Source: the human T2T-CHM13v2.0 reference genome, Homo sapiens
NCBI GenBank assembly: GCA_009914755.4
Contig: CP086569.2
Span: 16,864,001-16,928,000 of the forward strand
Length of the DNA stretch: 64,000 nucleotides
Direction: 5' to 3'
Within the stretch, counting starts at the first letter, position 1. Every line of letters begins with the position of its first letter. The notes under the pieces were generated by a model. The model saw nothing but the letters and a program-made list of their open reading frames with translations, did no database searches and was not told the origin of the DNA. Both the position numbers and the translations under genes were made by a program. Positions 36,060-49,015 of the stretch are shown here, in pieces.

Positions 36060-36150
36060 AGAAGTCTCCATCTACACCATGGAATATTATGCAGCTGTAA
36101 AAAAGGATTAGTTCATATATTTTGAAGGGACACGGATGCAGCTGGAAACC
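36060..36150 (+). mobile_element. short LINE-1 ORF2-tail fragment
   Basis: atctacaccatggaatattatgcagctgtaaaaaaggattagttcatatattttgaagggacacggatgcagctggaaacc. Confidence 0.7.
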
Positions 36151-37340
36151 ATATGTTACTGCCTTACAGTTTCTATCATAATTAGCCATTAGGGTTATCT
36201 TGAGTAGCTGTAAATATTCAAAGGCAACACTGTACCTAGAACTATATTTGGAAGAATACCAGAAGGTATGTGTGAAATAAAAAGAATATATAATGCTCTC
36301 TAATGCAAATCACCTCTTGCTGGCATATAGAAACTAAGTTTTAATTAGATCAAAGACTGAGATTCAAAGCCATGATTACTGGAATAATGGACACATTATA
36401 AATATGCATTAAATGCTTTTTTTTTTTCTCTCAGCACATTATAATGGGAGATCTCTGTATTTCTATTTATGTTGTCAATTTGGTTGCACTGTTGATTACT
36501 ATTATATTTAAACCTAAAAATACTGTGGGTAATGATTAACTGGATACACGGAATAAAAGCGTAATTGTGGATGGATATGAGTAGTGTAAGATGGACCTGT
36601 TGTTAAGAATACTTTTTATTTTAATGTTGAAATCACTCAAAGAACTCATGATTTTCATTTAAATTTAGTAGAATAAAAATGATATGGCTGCTGGCATGGC
36701 ACTAAAATTGTGAATATGCCCTTAAATGAAAATTGCTCATGTAAGCAAAAGTGGGTGTACTTGGAAATCAGAATGTAGGAATGCAATTTTGAAAACCGTA
36801 ATAAACACTCGATTTAAGAGACAGCTTTACATTCACTCATACATCATGTTAAAGAGAATTAGTGTAGAAAAAGAAGTTCACCATAAAAACTAACAATTCA
36901 AATACACAATCTATGTATTATGGGAGGTTTAACCTCGCAAAAGTATCCTTTAATTGAGTGCACATCAGACTATTTAAGAGCAAATTAATAATGATGAACT
37001 TATGATTACATAAAAACATCAGTTTTTTTTTTTTTTTCCAGAGGGTCTATCAATAGATATACACAATGGAGTAGTAACAAATAATAAATCACAGGTAGAT
37101 ATTCCAACCTGAATAAATTTATCAGCATAACACTAAATTTTTAAAAAGGAAAATCAAAGAACAATTTGTCCAGTATGATCATACTTACATAAATATCAAA
37201 ACATGAAAACTAGTGTGATATATTTATATTATCAATATATTTACATATAAATATCTATATACAAATATGCACATATATTTAAAAAAATATTTAATATAGA
37301 TAAATATGTAAGCGACAGAGATATAAATAAACCTAGAAAA

Positions 37341-37650
37341 GGCCAGGGGTGGTGGCTCATGTCTATAATCCCAGCGCTTTTGTAGGCTGTGGAGGGAGAA
37401 ACACTTGAGACCAGGAGTCTGGGACCAAGCTAGGAAACAGAGTCAACTCCATGTCTACAGAAATAAAAATAAAAATAATTAGCTGGGTGCAGTTGTGCAT
37501 ACTTGCAGTCTCAGCTGTTTGGGAGGCTTATGTCATAAGGTTACTTGAGCTCAGAGGTTGGAGGTTGCAGTGGGCCATGATCGCACCACTGCTTTCTAGC
37601 CAGAGACCCTGTTACCTCCCCTACCAAAACAAAATAAAACAAACAAAAAA
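37341..37650 (+). mobile_element. Alu SINE, older and more diverged (AluJ-like)
   Basis: ggccaggggtggtggctcatgtctataatcccagcgcttt...ttagctgggtgcagttgtgcatacttgcagtctcagc...gcaccactgctttctagcc plus an A-rich tail. Confidence 0.85.
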
Positions 37651-38095
37651 ATGAAAAGCAAATTACTTAATCAGAAGGAGTTCTCAGACCAAAATGTGCC
37701 ACTTCCAAGGGACTTGAGTTGAATGATGATATTTACCTAAATGAATTCAAGACAGAAGAAGGGAAGGTAGGAAAAACTATCCCTAAGGGAAGAAATGGGA
37801 GAACATAAAAAGGCAGATTTCTTGTAGAATAAATAAATGCAGTGAGATGAGTGGAAGTCATGCAGAGAAATATCAAGAAAGAAGACAGAAAAGATGTTAG
37901 TCAGTGAGGATAACAACATTGTAGGTTACTATGGAGCTCATACTGACGTAAGCAAAACATAGGCCTGGGTTATTTTGTTTAATGTCTTTTTTTTAAATAT
38001 TGTTGATAGAAATGTATGTGCTTATCAATATAAAGGGTAGATTAAAACACTGATATGTGATCATGCTATAACTGTCAATGGTATGTAAGGATGGT

Positions 38096-38454
38096 GTATT
38101 AGTCTATTTCCAGGCTGCTAATAAAGACATACCCAAGGCTGGGTAATTTATAAAGGAAAGTTGTTTAATTTACTCACAGTTCAGCATGACTGAGGAGGCC
38201 TCAGGAAATTTAAGATTATGGCAGAAGATGAAGCAGTCTTCTTCTTCTTCTCAAGATGGCAGGAAGAAGAATGATGCAAGAGGAGCTACCAAAGACTCAT
38301 AAAACCATCAGATGTGAAAACTCACTTAGTATCATGCCAACAGCATGAGGGAAACCACCTCCATGATCCAATCACTTCCACATAGTCTCCTTTTACACAA
38401 GACGATTACGGTGATTATAGAGATTATAATTGGGACACAAAGCCTAACCATATT
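38096..38454 (-). mobile_element. MaLR LTR (MST/MLT-like)
   Basis: tgtattagtctatttccaggctgctaataaagacatacccaaggctgggtaatttataaaggaaag...actcacagttc...aaaccatcagatgtgaaaactcac...cctaaccatatta. Confidence 0.7.
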
Positions 38455-38787
38455 AGATGGTAACTGTAAAATTAGAAAATCCAGCATGCTCTAAAAAAAA
38501 GCCATAACCAATAATTTTTCTAAGAGTTTAAGATTATAAAATATAATCCTTATGTTCATCCTTTACACCCCTGGAGGATTGTATTTTATAATTTTAACTG
38601 TTTAGAGCAAAATTATAATATTACAAAATGGTTGATGACTATAGTCACAGAAAAAGTAAGTAAGCCAGCAGAATTTCTGTAAAAAAAATGAAATTAAAGC
38701 ATGGAAACAATGAGGCCCAAAAAGTTATCATATGTCACCGAGAAACTCTGACCCTGTGAAAGCAGGAACTGAAACCTTGATTAGCAA

Positions 38788-39597
38788 CATTATTCACAAT
38801 GAGGAAAAAGTGAAAACAACCCAAATCTCTATCAACAGATGAATGGATAAACAAATTGTGGCCTTTCCATAAAATAGAATATTATTCAGCCTTAAAACGG
38901 AGTGCAGTACTGATACATGCAGAAATGTGAATGAGCTCTGAAAACACCGGGCTCAGTGAAATAAGTCAGACACAGAAGGCCACATATTGTGTGATTCCAT
39001 TTCTATGAAATAGCCAGGTTTGCATGGGAGAACCATAGAGACAGAAAGTTGATTTGTGGTTGTTAGGAACTAGGGGTGAGGATGGTGTGGGAGGTGATGA
39101 GTGACTGTTGCATGGATATGGGGTTCTTTTTTTTTTTTTATTTTTGAGTCACAGTCTTGTTCTGTCACCCAGAAAGGCAGTGGCATGATCTCAGCAGACT
39201 GTAACCTCCACCTCCGAGGTTCAAGTGATTCTCATGCCTCAGCCTCCCTACTAGCTGGGATTACTGGCATATGCCATCACACCTTGCTAATTTTTTTTCT
39301 TTTTTTCTGGCATTTTCAGTAGAGACAGAGTTTTGCCATGTAGGCAAGGCTGTTCTCCAACTCCTGACCTCAGGTGATCCACCCACCTCAGCCTCCCAAG
39401 TGCTAACTCCCAGGCGTGAACCACCAAGCTGGGCCTGAGATTTCTTTTTAAGGTGATGAAAATATTCAAGAACCAAATAAAGGTGATGGTTGCATTACAT
39501 TGTGAAAACATTAAAAGTCACAGAAGTGTACACTTTAAAATGGTTAATTTTATATTATGTGAATTTTATCTCCACCCAAAAAAAGAATGAAACTCTT
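38788..39597 (+). mobile_element. old LINE-1 (L1M/L1PB-like) 3' end, interrupted by the Alu at 39123-39437
   Basis: cattattcacaatgaggaaaaagtgaaaacaacccaaatctctatcaacagatgaatggataaacaaattgtgg...cagtgaaataagtcagacacagaaggccacatattgtgtgattcc... resumes after the Alu with ...gtgtacactttaaaatggttaattttatattatgtgaattttatctcc. Confidence 0.75.
39123..39437 (-). mobile_element. Alu SINE
   Basis: tttttttttttatttttgagtcacagtcttgttctgtcacccag...cctcagcctccctactagctgggattactggc...cctcccaagtgctaactcccaggcgtgaaccaccaagctgggcc. Confidence 0.9.
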
Positions 39598-39742
39598 CTG
39601 TGTAATAAAAATAGTCTGAAACAAAACCTTGTAATCTTTGTAACATATAAGGAGTACAGGTAAATGTCTGTATAACTTTTTAAAAAAATTCTAAGACAAA
39701 GGAAAAAGAATGCTTGCCGCACTCATAAAATGCCAGAGATTT

Positions 39743-40050
<308 letters not shown>

Positions 40051-40309
40051 GCCAGAGAGTTCCAGGATGGTTTTATTCTAAATAAATTAAGCCTTATTTA
40101 TGTTTTAACACTTTGTTTGAAGATAACTATAGATTTTCCCAAAAGTTTCCCAACTAGTATAGAGAGTTCCGTTCACCTTTTGGAATGCTTTTTCTAACGT
40201 TAACATCTTTTGTCATCATAGTGCAATTATAAAACCAGGAAATTATCACTGATAGAATGCTGTCAACTGAACTACAGATCTAAGTAAAATTCTGACAATT
40301 TTATCCCTA

Positions 40310-40668
40310 GTGTTCTGTAGTTGTCCTTTTTCACACTGCTGTGGAGATACTACCTGAGACTGGTAATTCATAAAGAAAAGAGGTTTAATTGACTTTTAAT
40401 TCTGCATGGTTGGCGAGGCCTCAGGAAATGTATAATCATAGCAGAAGGGGAAGGAAGGCATATCTTACATGGCAGCAGGAGATAGATCAGAGATAACTGA
40501 CATTTTTAAAAGCATCAGATCCTGTAAGAAGTCCCTCACTATCATGAGAGCAACATTGTATAATTACCCATGTGATCTAATCGTTACCCACCAAGACCCT
40601 CCCTCAATAAGTGGGGATTACAATTCAAGATGAGATTTGGGGGGGGGACACAGAGCCAAACCACATCA
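40310..40668 (-). mobile_element. MaLR LTR (THE1/MST-like)
   Basis: tgttctgtagttgtcctttttcacactgctgtggagatactacctgagactggtaattcataaagaaaagaggtttaattgac...ggggattacaattcaagatgagatttggggggggacacagagccaaaccacatca. Confidence 0.7.
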
Positions 40669-42307
40669 TGTTCTCTTACAGAAATGACCCAATCCAGGAT
40701 TGCTCATTGTATTTAATTGTGATAGCTCCATACTCTCCTACAATCAGTGACAGTTTCACATTTATTCCTAGCATTTTATGACCTTGATGCTCTTGAACAG
40801 CTGTTGCCAGATACCTTGTATCCTGTCTCTTGGGCAATTTAAAAATATGTAAAGACCTCAAAAAAAGAAATTGGGTATTTAAAGATCAAGGTACTCATCT
40901 GAGAAATGTTTGGCACAGGAATGGGCAGAAATAAATGACAAAAAAAAACCACTCTCAAAAATTACAAATACCAATTATTTAAATGATATGTAGTTAAGCT
41001 GCGGACATGAACAAGGTCTCTAAAACATGGTACAGTCCAAGAAGTTCAGATAGTGAATGGAAGCTAACAGGGAGCACAGGAAAAAGAGAGATTTGCGTAT
41101 ATCATGCCATGAGGACCATTTGCAGTGGGTGAGGGATGAGGCTCTCTAGAGTAGTTTAGATGTAGCTCTTAGCTTAGCATCTCATCGGGGTGACATGACA
41201 AGGCCACCTTTGTCATGGCCCTGCTTTGCTTGTTAATATATCAAGTGTTCCTTAAACCCAGTCTCCTCAAAAACTAGGAACACCCAGTCCTCCCTTGCAC
41301 TTGCTCCATGTTCACTAACTCTTGACTTTAATTTCTATATTTGTATTATTGCCTTGGGGATCACCTCTCCCCAGTAAATTGCTGGCCCACTACAATCTCT
41401 GAGCCCAATTCTCCCTCATGGCATGCTTTTTTACCAATGTTATTTTATCACTGAATATTTTCAGTTTCTTCTCTGAATATACTTTATCTCTGTGATATTT
41501 GTCTAACGCAAATCCAACTTATTTTGGAGTAGATGATAATTGCTATAAATCATAAGAAAATGTTCTCTTATTTGATTATACCATACTCCTTTATTCATTT
41601 GTTGTTATAGCACATTTATTTTAGCATGAATATGCTCTGATTCTTGCCCCATTTCTACTACCTGTAACTCTTTCTTGGGTTATTGATGTGCTTAAACATG
41701 ACCAGTCATTTCACAGCAAAGATATTTGCAGGTTGATTATTTTTGTCTCAATGTGTACTTGTCAATAGTATATGCTATAATGCCTCTAGTTTCATCAGGG
41801 TACTCTGTACTAGAGAACATTCTTCATGGGATTTGTGGATGTTTTTTATTATTTATCAGTTGTACCTTCATAATTCAAATTGATCACCCTAGGCTTTGAA
41901 GTAAATCATTCAACATCCTATGAGAAAGCTTAGGAATCCTCAAGACAGTGGTAGTTTCAAAGGCACACCACATGTTAGTTCTCCTTCCAAATCCATTATT
42001 TAAAATTTCCCAGGAAAATAAATGTAGAGAGAAAGTAGAGTGAGATGTGAAAATCTCCCAGAGTTTTCAATTGCATACACTGGGCATCCCATTGTTCAAT
42101 AACTCCAGCTCATACCAAAATTTGGTCTGGACAAATTTTGCCGAGAGAAACTATTTGCAAACATTTCCTAGGATAAGAATGTAAGACTGTATGGTATAGT
42201 TCACTTTTCTATTTCTTTACATCATCTTCCCTTTTGCTATGTTCTTGCAGGGAAGGATGGTTGCTAAAGATACTCAGAAGAGTTCCTTTCATCAAGGACA
42301 CTAAAAC

Positions 42308-42440
42308 GTGTTCTTGTGGTAGCTCACATCTGTAGTCTCAGCGCTCTGGTAGGCTGATGCAGGAAGATTCCTTGAATCAAAGAGTTTAAGGCCAGCCCAA
42401 ACAACACAACAAGACCCCATCTCTACCAAACAACAGGCAC
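42308..42440 (+). mobile_element. Alu-like monomer (FLAM/FRAM-type)
   Basis: gtggtagctcacatctgtagtctcagcgctctggtaggctgatgcaggaagattccttgaatcaaagagtttaaggccagcccaaacaacacaacaagaccccatctctacc. Confidence 0.7.
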
Positions 42441-44237
42441 TTTTATAGTACACACTGCTGCAAAAATGTAGACGAAAGCTCATTTCGCATTCATAACAAT
42501 GTGTGACACGAAGAAGCATTTACCTTCCAGTAGAATTTGTGTTGAGTGTTTTTACTTGATCCACAAATAAACTACCAGGCAGAGGTCCAACTTTCTCTCT
42601 TCCTTTCCCACTTACATCTGAGATGACATAGAAAAGAAGACAGATATATTTTACAACATAAAATAAAATCTTTCTCCCTCTCTGCCTACTCTGCAAATAA
42701 ATCATTTGTATTTTCAGGAAAACACTCATGTATAAATGACTATAACAGTTTAGTTGCCCAATGCTGAGAGTTTAAACTTCCAATGGAGATAGCCTTTTAG
42801 CATAGAAGGTTTTAAAATTCATAACTGAAATATCAGTATCTCATCAGTTTACAGAAGGTATGGCCTCTGGGAGAATATCATAATTTTCCAAAATTTGTAT
42901 GGAGCTGAAAGCACCTTGTCTAAGAAATTGCCCATAATATACAAAAACACAATTAAAAATGTGGACCTAAAAATGGACTTGCAGAGCATGCAGCCTTGGA
43001 AAAGAGATGGTGATAAATATAAAAATATTAAGATAGAAAATAGTTTTACCACATCTATAATCAGCACCAAATTTCACTTGTACTAAAGTAATAGAATGAG
43101 CTGTGTTACCAAAAACATTGTTATCACAATATAGGTGTAAGATATTTGAAAAAGGAGAGGATTTTTTAAAAATCCAGCTTCATTTGGAGTATATCTTTGA
43201 TACACAGCCATTGAATCAATCTCTTTAAACCATACAAAATGAAAACATTGAATGCACAAACATAAATGCATCCAGTTTCATAATATCCTGTAAGTACTCT
43301 CACATTCCTGAGACCTGCTGGGCTTTGAAAGAGTAGGTTAATTCCTCTGTCTCATCACAATGTTGGGGGAAAATGTTGTGACTTAAATGTGGATATCCTA
43401 TTTATCTCCTGTTGGGAAGGAAGTATTTACATGTATTGTGAAGCTTTGAAATGATGAATTACAATGGTTAGAGGAAAATATAGTGCCTGGGTTCCACCAC
43501 TGGGCAGACAAATTACCATAATGCTGTGTGAGTAACACTTTATAAATGTATTTGTCCCACAGGAGCAGTTTCACTGCTCCGGTAATATGATTCACTGCAT
43601 GTAACAGATTAGGTGAAATCTACTTATATTTTCAGGAACTTGTGTGAAATAACTAACTTAACCTATCTGAAAACTGTATTAAATTTTTCAAATCTTGTAA
43701 GTGCTCTCTAGGACTACAAAATGAGAACTACTGGGCTTTCATTGGGACAACACAACTGGTATACAGAGGAACATCACAGTCTCCTACCACAAATCATCAT
43801 AAAACAAGCCCATTAAGTTGTATGCTTTACATAGAAAAATTGTGTGGCACACATTTCATAGAATTATCTACACATATGCATGTGGTCTTGTGTCAAAAAA
43901 GTTGTTCCGTATTGAAGCTGCTGTCCCAGCTCAGAAAATATCTAAACCAATTTGTCTGAATGTTTCATTAACTGATGGATCTTAATGCTTAATGCTGTAT
44001 TTTGGCTTCTTAAGATCCACTGCATATGCCATCACTGCTTCTGTCTTCATCTGTGGGGGTTGCTGTGACAGAATAACATAACCTGGATGAATTTTAAAAA
44101 CACATGTAATTCTTAGAATTCTGGAGGCTGAGATGTCTGAGATCAGGGTGCCATGAGGGTAAGGTTCTGGAGAGGGCCTTCTGTAGAGTTTGTAAACAGC
44201 CACCTTTTTTCTCACTGTATCCTCACATGGCCAAGTG

Positions 44238-44312
44238 GAAGAGAGATAAAGAAAGAGGAAAAGAGAAAGAGAAAGGGAAAAAGAGAAAGAGAAAGAAATT
44301 GAAAGAGAAAGC
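44238..44312. repeat. purine-rich (GAAAGA/GAGAAA)n simple repeat
   Basis: gaaagaggaaaagagaaagagaaagggaaaaagagaaagagaaagaaattgaaagagaaag read directly. Confidence 0.9.
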
Positions 44313-44339
44313 TCTTGTGTTTCTTCTTAAAAGTACACT

Positions 44340-44480
44340 AATCCCATCACAGGCTACACCCTTATGGTCTGCTCACCTCCAAATTTCCCCCACCTCCTAA
44401 TCTCATCACACTGGGGATTAGGGTTTCAACATATGCATGCTGGAGGAATACAAACACTCAGTCTATAGCAGCAGGGGAAT
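44340..44480 (+). mobile_element. probable MaLR (MLT1-type) LTR fragment
   Basis: cctccaaatttcccccacctcctaatctcatcacactggggattagggtttcaacatatgcat...acaaacactcagtctatagcagc resembles the MLT1 core. The call is from memory of the consensus. Confidence 0.45.
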
Positions 44481-45099
44481 TGTCTCCCTTTCATTGTGTG
44501 AAATTGAGTGCTAAGGTAGACCAAGTCAACTCTCTCCACTTTAGAAAGCCCAGTGAGACAAATGTGGTCTCTGGCCAAGGAGCAGGTATTTGACTTGTCT
44601 CCCTAGTCAGGGTATTACCTCTTGTGCAAGGGAGGAGCATGAAACTGATGGCTCATGCCTCATCACTGCATACTGGTGTGGTGACAAATGGCTTCCAGGA
44701 GCCTCTATAAATATCTTTGTATGCACTGGATCCCAAGTCTTTATCACTACACTAAGGTGGATTTTGTATCTTTTCAATTTATTTCTCCCAAATTCCAAAA
44801 TGAGCTTCAATTGCTTTGGACTAAAACCCATACTGATACAGATGTTCCCCCAAAGCAGGTGTGTGGCAGGAGGTAGGAATAAACATTTGAAGTTAAATTC
44901 CATACTGTTTATCTAATGAGTATTAATTTCATCCAAAAAATGACAATAAACTTTATAAGGAATTAATAATCTCATTCTCAGGTTGTCTTTTAAGACAGGG
45001 ACAATATCCAGAAAAGACACTGGACTAAATGCCAAATTCTATCAGTTTTTTAAAAATAATGTTTCATTTTTAATTAATTGTTTTTTCTGAATTTATTAT

Positions 45100-45296
45100 T
45101 TTTTTTAGAGAAGGATCTTGTCTTGCTGCCCAGGCTGGAGTGCAGTGACATCATCACAGTTCACTGCAGCCTTGCCCTCCTCAGCTCAAGGGATCCTCCT
45201 GCCTTGGCCTCCCACGTAGTAGGGACTACAGGTGGACAACTCCATGTCAAGATAATAATTTTTCTTTTTTTGGTAAAGACAGGGTTTTGCCAAATA
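45100..45296 (-). mobile_element. Alu SINE, 5'-truncated
   Basis: ttttttttagagaaggatcttgtcttgctgcccaggctggagtgcagtgacatcatcacagttcactgcagcc...cctcccacgtagtagggactacaggtgg...ggtaaagacagggttttgcc. Confidence 0.8.
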
Positions 45297-45337
45297 AATT
45301 TTGGCACAAAGAATGCTGTTTGGTGGTGTGGTTATGT

Positions 45338-45686
45338 ATGTATTAGTCCGTTTTCTTGCTACTGATAAAGGCATATCTGAGACAGATAAGAAAAAGATGT
45401 TTAATGGACTTACAGTTCCATATGGATGGGGAGGCCTCATGATGGAATGCAAGGAGGAGCAAGCCACATCTTAAATGAATGATGGTGAATAAAAAGACCT
45501 TCTGCAGGGAACTTCCCCTTTTTCAAACCATCAGCTCTCACTAGACTTATTTCCCATTATGAGAACAGCACAGGAAAAACCTGCCCCACATGATTCAATT
45601 ACCTCTTACTTGGTCCCTCCCATAACATGTGTGAATTCAAGATGAGATTTGGGTAAGGACACAGCCTAACCCCCATGCCTGATATC
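45338..45686 (-). mobile_element. MaLR LTR (THE1/MST-like), terminus continuous with the downstream (TATC)n tract
   Basis: tgtattagtccgttttcttgctactgataaaggcatatctgagacagataagaaaaagatgtttaatggacttacagttccatatggatggggaggcctcatg...gtgaattcaagatgagatttgggtaaggacacagcctaaccc..cctgatatc. Confidence 0.7.
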
Positions 45687-45728
45687 TATCTATGTATCTA
45701 TCTATGTATCTATCTATGTATCTATCTG

Positions 45729-45762
<34 letters not shown>

Positions 45763-45955
45763 ATCTATCTATGTATCTATGCATCTATGTATCTATGTAT
45801 CTATCTATCTATCATCTACTATCTATGTATCTATCTATGTATCTATGTATCTATCTATCATCTATCTATGTATCTATCTATGCATCTGTCTATCTATCAT
45901 CTACTATCTATGTATCTATCTATCTATGTATCATCTATCTGTCTATGTATGAATT
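45686..45955. repeat. (TATC)n/(TCTA)n microsatellite with TGTA/GCAT variants
   Basis: tatctatgtatctatctatgtatc...tatctatctatctatctatctatc read directly. ORFs 45675-45962 are artefacts of this repeat. Confidence 0.95.
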
Positions 45956-46139
45956 AGGGTGATTCAGGAAATAGCAGATATAAGACCTTGGTAGAAACAA
46001 GAGCTCTAGGTAGAGTTTTGGAGAACTCTTGTGTTCTTTGATGCAAATCTATTCTCACCTGGGAAAGAGAAAAATCCTACTCCTCATCTACCATTTTCCA
46101 TGAGGGGTTTAATCTTTTGTTCCCCTTAAAACAAAAAGC

Positions 46140-46270
46140 TGAAATTCATCGAATATGTGATTTTTAATATATGTTATGATATATGACATATATGAATATG
46201 ATATATATAGGAAAAATCATATATATTATTTTTAATATATATTAGGACATATGATATATATTACATAGGT
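46140..46270. repeat. AT-rich low-complexity tract (atatgat/tatatga motifs)
   Basis: atgtgatttttaatatatgttatgatatatgacatatatgaatatgatatatatagg...atatatattatttttaatatatattaggacatatgatatatattac. Confidence 0.8.
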
Positions 46271-46475
46271 TTTCATCCACAGTTCCTGGGTCATAAGTCC
46301 CAAAACCCTTGCTATATTTTGGAGTGCTTTTGTCCTCAGAAGCAGACTTCAGAAAACAATCTCTTCCTCACTGAACTTCTCCTGCCTTCCTTCCACCTGC
46401 CCAAAGCAAGACTCTAACATTTTCCCAACTTCTGATCCATAGTCCAGTGTGTTATTTTTTGCCCCATTGACCCTC

Positions 46476-46836
46476 TGATATGATTTGGTTGTGTCCAACC
46501 CCACAGTCTCACCTTGAATTTTACTTCCCATAGTCCCCATGTGTCATGGGAGGGACCTGGTGGGAGGTAATTGAATCACTTATGCTCTTCTTATGATAGT
46601 GAGTGAGTTCTCAAAGAACGGATGATTTTATAAGAGACTTTTTACCCTTTTGCTCAGCACTTCTCTCTCTTGCCACCAAGTGAATAAGGACATGTTTGCT
46701 TCCTGTTCTGCCATGATTGGAAGTTTTATGAGTCCTCCCTAGCCATGTGGACCTATGAGTCAATTAAACCTCTTTCCTTTATAAATTACACAGTCTTGGG
46801 TATTTCTTCACAGTTACATGGGAATGGACTAAGATA
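46476..46836 (+). mobile_element. MaLR LTR (THE1/MST-like), plus orientation
   Basis: tgatatgatttggttgtgtccaaccccacagtctcaccttgaattttacttcccatagtccccatgtgtcatgggagggacctggtgggaggtaattgaatca...gccatgtggacctatgagtcaattaaacctctttcctttataaattacacagtcttggg...ggactaagata. Confidence 0.8.
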
Positions 46837-48229
46837 TCCTCCTTCCCCTAACTGTCTTGCTGTGGGACTTAAGACATTTATTTCAGAATGTAGCCTGTTC
46901 CTTACCCTGGAGGAAGCACTACTGCACAGAGAGGCCAAGAGGGATCTGAACAGATAGGTCTTGCTCTGTCCCCTTACTCAGCCTACTAGTGTTAGATAAT
47001 AGCCTTTTTGTACAATCACGTTTCTACTTGTTTGTCAATCATGCCTATCAATGAAATCTCCATAAAAAGACCAAGAAGATTGTATTTGTAGACCTTCTAG
47101 AGAGCTGAACACAGGGAGGCTGGCAGGCAGGTGGACAAGAACTCACCCATGTGCCTGGAGTGTGGTGCACGACAAACTCTGTGGGGACAGACACTGCTGT
47201 GCTCGGCACCTGCCCAGACTTTGCCATATGTATCTCTTCATGTGACTCTTTGTGTCCTTTAAAATATCCTATATAATAAACCACGAAGTGTAAGTAAGTA
47301 TTTTTCTGAGTTCTGTGACCCACTCCAGGAAATTAATCCAATCCAAGAGAGGGTCGTTGGAATGCTCCCAACTTGAAGCATATTTGGAGAAGTTCTGGAG
47401 ACCCACACTTGTGACTGTGCAGATGGAGTTAGCTGTCTTCTATGACTGAGGTGGTGTCCCCTGCAGAACTGCTTGCTTGCTTGGTGTGTGGGTGGAAACC
47501 CCCAAACATTTGTTCATAGACAGCTTCTATGTTGATTGTCATTGCAGTGTGAGAGCAGAGAAAAACACTTTGAGTTTGTGTGAGAGTTTGTTTTTTATCT
47601 TGAGAAAATTTAGATTAACATTTGAAATTCGGAGTGTACTCTGGTTGGGCTGGTCAACAGGTGTGCCATTTTTGTCTTCCAGTAAATTTCAGCTTTCTGT
47701 TTTGAGGGGGACAATGGAATTAAACTACAATAGAAAATTGCAAGAGAAGAATGGAATTAGAATCTCATGGTTCTCTTTCCAAGGCGAGAATAGGTATGTG
47801 GCAAAACCCACCAAAACACTTTAGACTCTAGAGATAATTTCTATAATACTAGTGTCATATACCTGCTGTTTCTCAGGTCATCTCAATTCAGGTCATCATT
47901 GTCTCTTGCTCCAATTATTGTGAAAGACTCCTAATTGACAACCTGCAGGACTATGAGCCAGTAAACCTCTCTTTTTTTGTAAATTACCCAGTATCTTGTA
48001 TTGTTTTATAATAGTTCAAGAATGTACTAGTATCCCTGCCAAATGTGAGCTGTAGATTGTCAAACACCATGAATTAAAAAACTACAGAGGTGATCCAAGT
48101 AGGAGGAGGTGAGATTGTAGATGCTGTCCATGGCACAGTCATCACCACACAGTGAAAAGAGCTTATTGGAGGCATATTAAAGATAAGGATGATCTAAGAC
48201 TAATAACCAGGTTTGGAACATATGGCAGA

Positions 48230-49015
48230 CAGAATACAAATGTGCATACCCTAATCCTTGGAACCTGTGAATAGTTGATCTTTCTTGCCAAAAGGGAGTT
48301 TGTGGATGTGATTAAGTTAAGGATGTTGAAATCAGAAGTTGATCCTAGACTATCCAGGTGGTCCAGTGTCATCAGAAAAGTCCTTATAAGAGGAAGGCAG
48401 TAGGGTCAGAGTAAGAGAGAGATTTGAAGATGCTATTGATCTTACAGAAGGAGAAGAAAATCATGAACCAGAAAATTCTGGTGGCCTCTATGCACTGGAA
48501 GTGACATGGAACAGATTCTTCCTTATAGTTTTCAGAAAGGGACAGTGCTGTATTAGCTGTTTTTCATGTTGCTTATAAAGAATGAGTAATTTACAAAGAA
48601 AAAGAGGTTGAGTGGACTCACAGTTCCATGTGCTTAGGGACACCTCACAATCATGGTGGAAGGAAAAAGGAACATCTTACATGTGACAACAAGAGAATTT
48701 GTACAGGAAATCTCCCCTTTATAAAACTAACAGGTCTCATGAGACTTATTCACTATCATGAGAATGGCATGGGAAAGTCTCACCCACATGATTCAATTGC
48801 CTCCCACTGGGTCCCTTCCACAACATGTGAGAATTACAGGAGCTACAGTTCAGATGAAATTTGGGTGGGGACAGAGACAAATCATATGAACTGCACTACC
48901 AACTCCTTGATGTTAAACCAAGTCAGACTTTCATCTCCAAAACAGTAAGATAGTACATGGGTGTTGTTTAAAGCCCCTGAGTTTGTGGTAGTTGGTTACT
49001 GCAGCCACTGGAAAA
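48230..49015 (+). mobile_element. MLT1-type MaLR LTR, interrupted by a younger MaLR LTR at 48550-48892
   Basis: The 5' part reads ccctaatccttggaacctgtgaatagttgatctttcttgccaaaagggagtttgtggatgtgattaagttaaggatgttgaaatcagaag...gtccttataagaggaagg. The tail after the insertion reads ...cctgagtttgtggtagttggttactgcagccactgg. Confidence 0.55.
48550..48892 (-). mobile_element. MaLR LTR (THE1/MST-like), nested in the MLT1 element
   Basis: gtattagctgtttttcatgttgcttataaagaatgagtaatttacaaagaaaaagaggttgagtggactcacagttccatgtgcttagggacacctcacaatcatggtggaagg...gagaattacaggagctacagttcagatgaaatttgggtggggacagagacaaatcatatgaa. Confidence 0.7.

Noticed and set aside
45675-45962. Two overlapping 86-95-aa ORFs (MYLSMYLSIYL...)
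   Set aside because: They are translations of the (TATC)n microsatellite.
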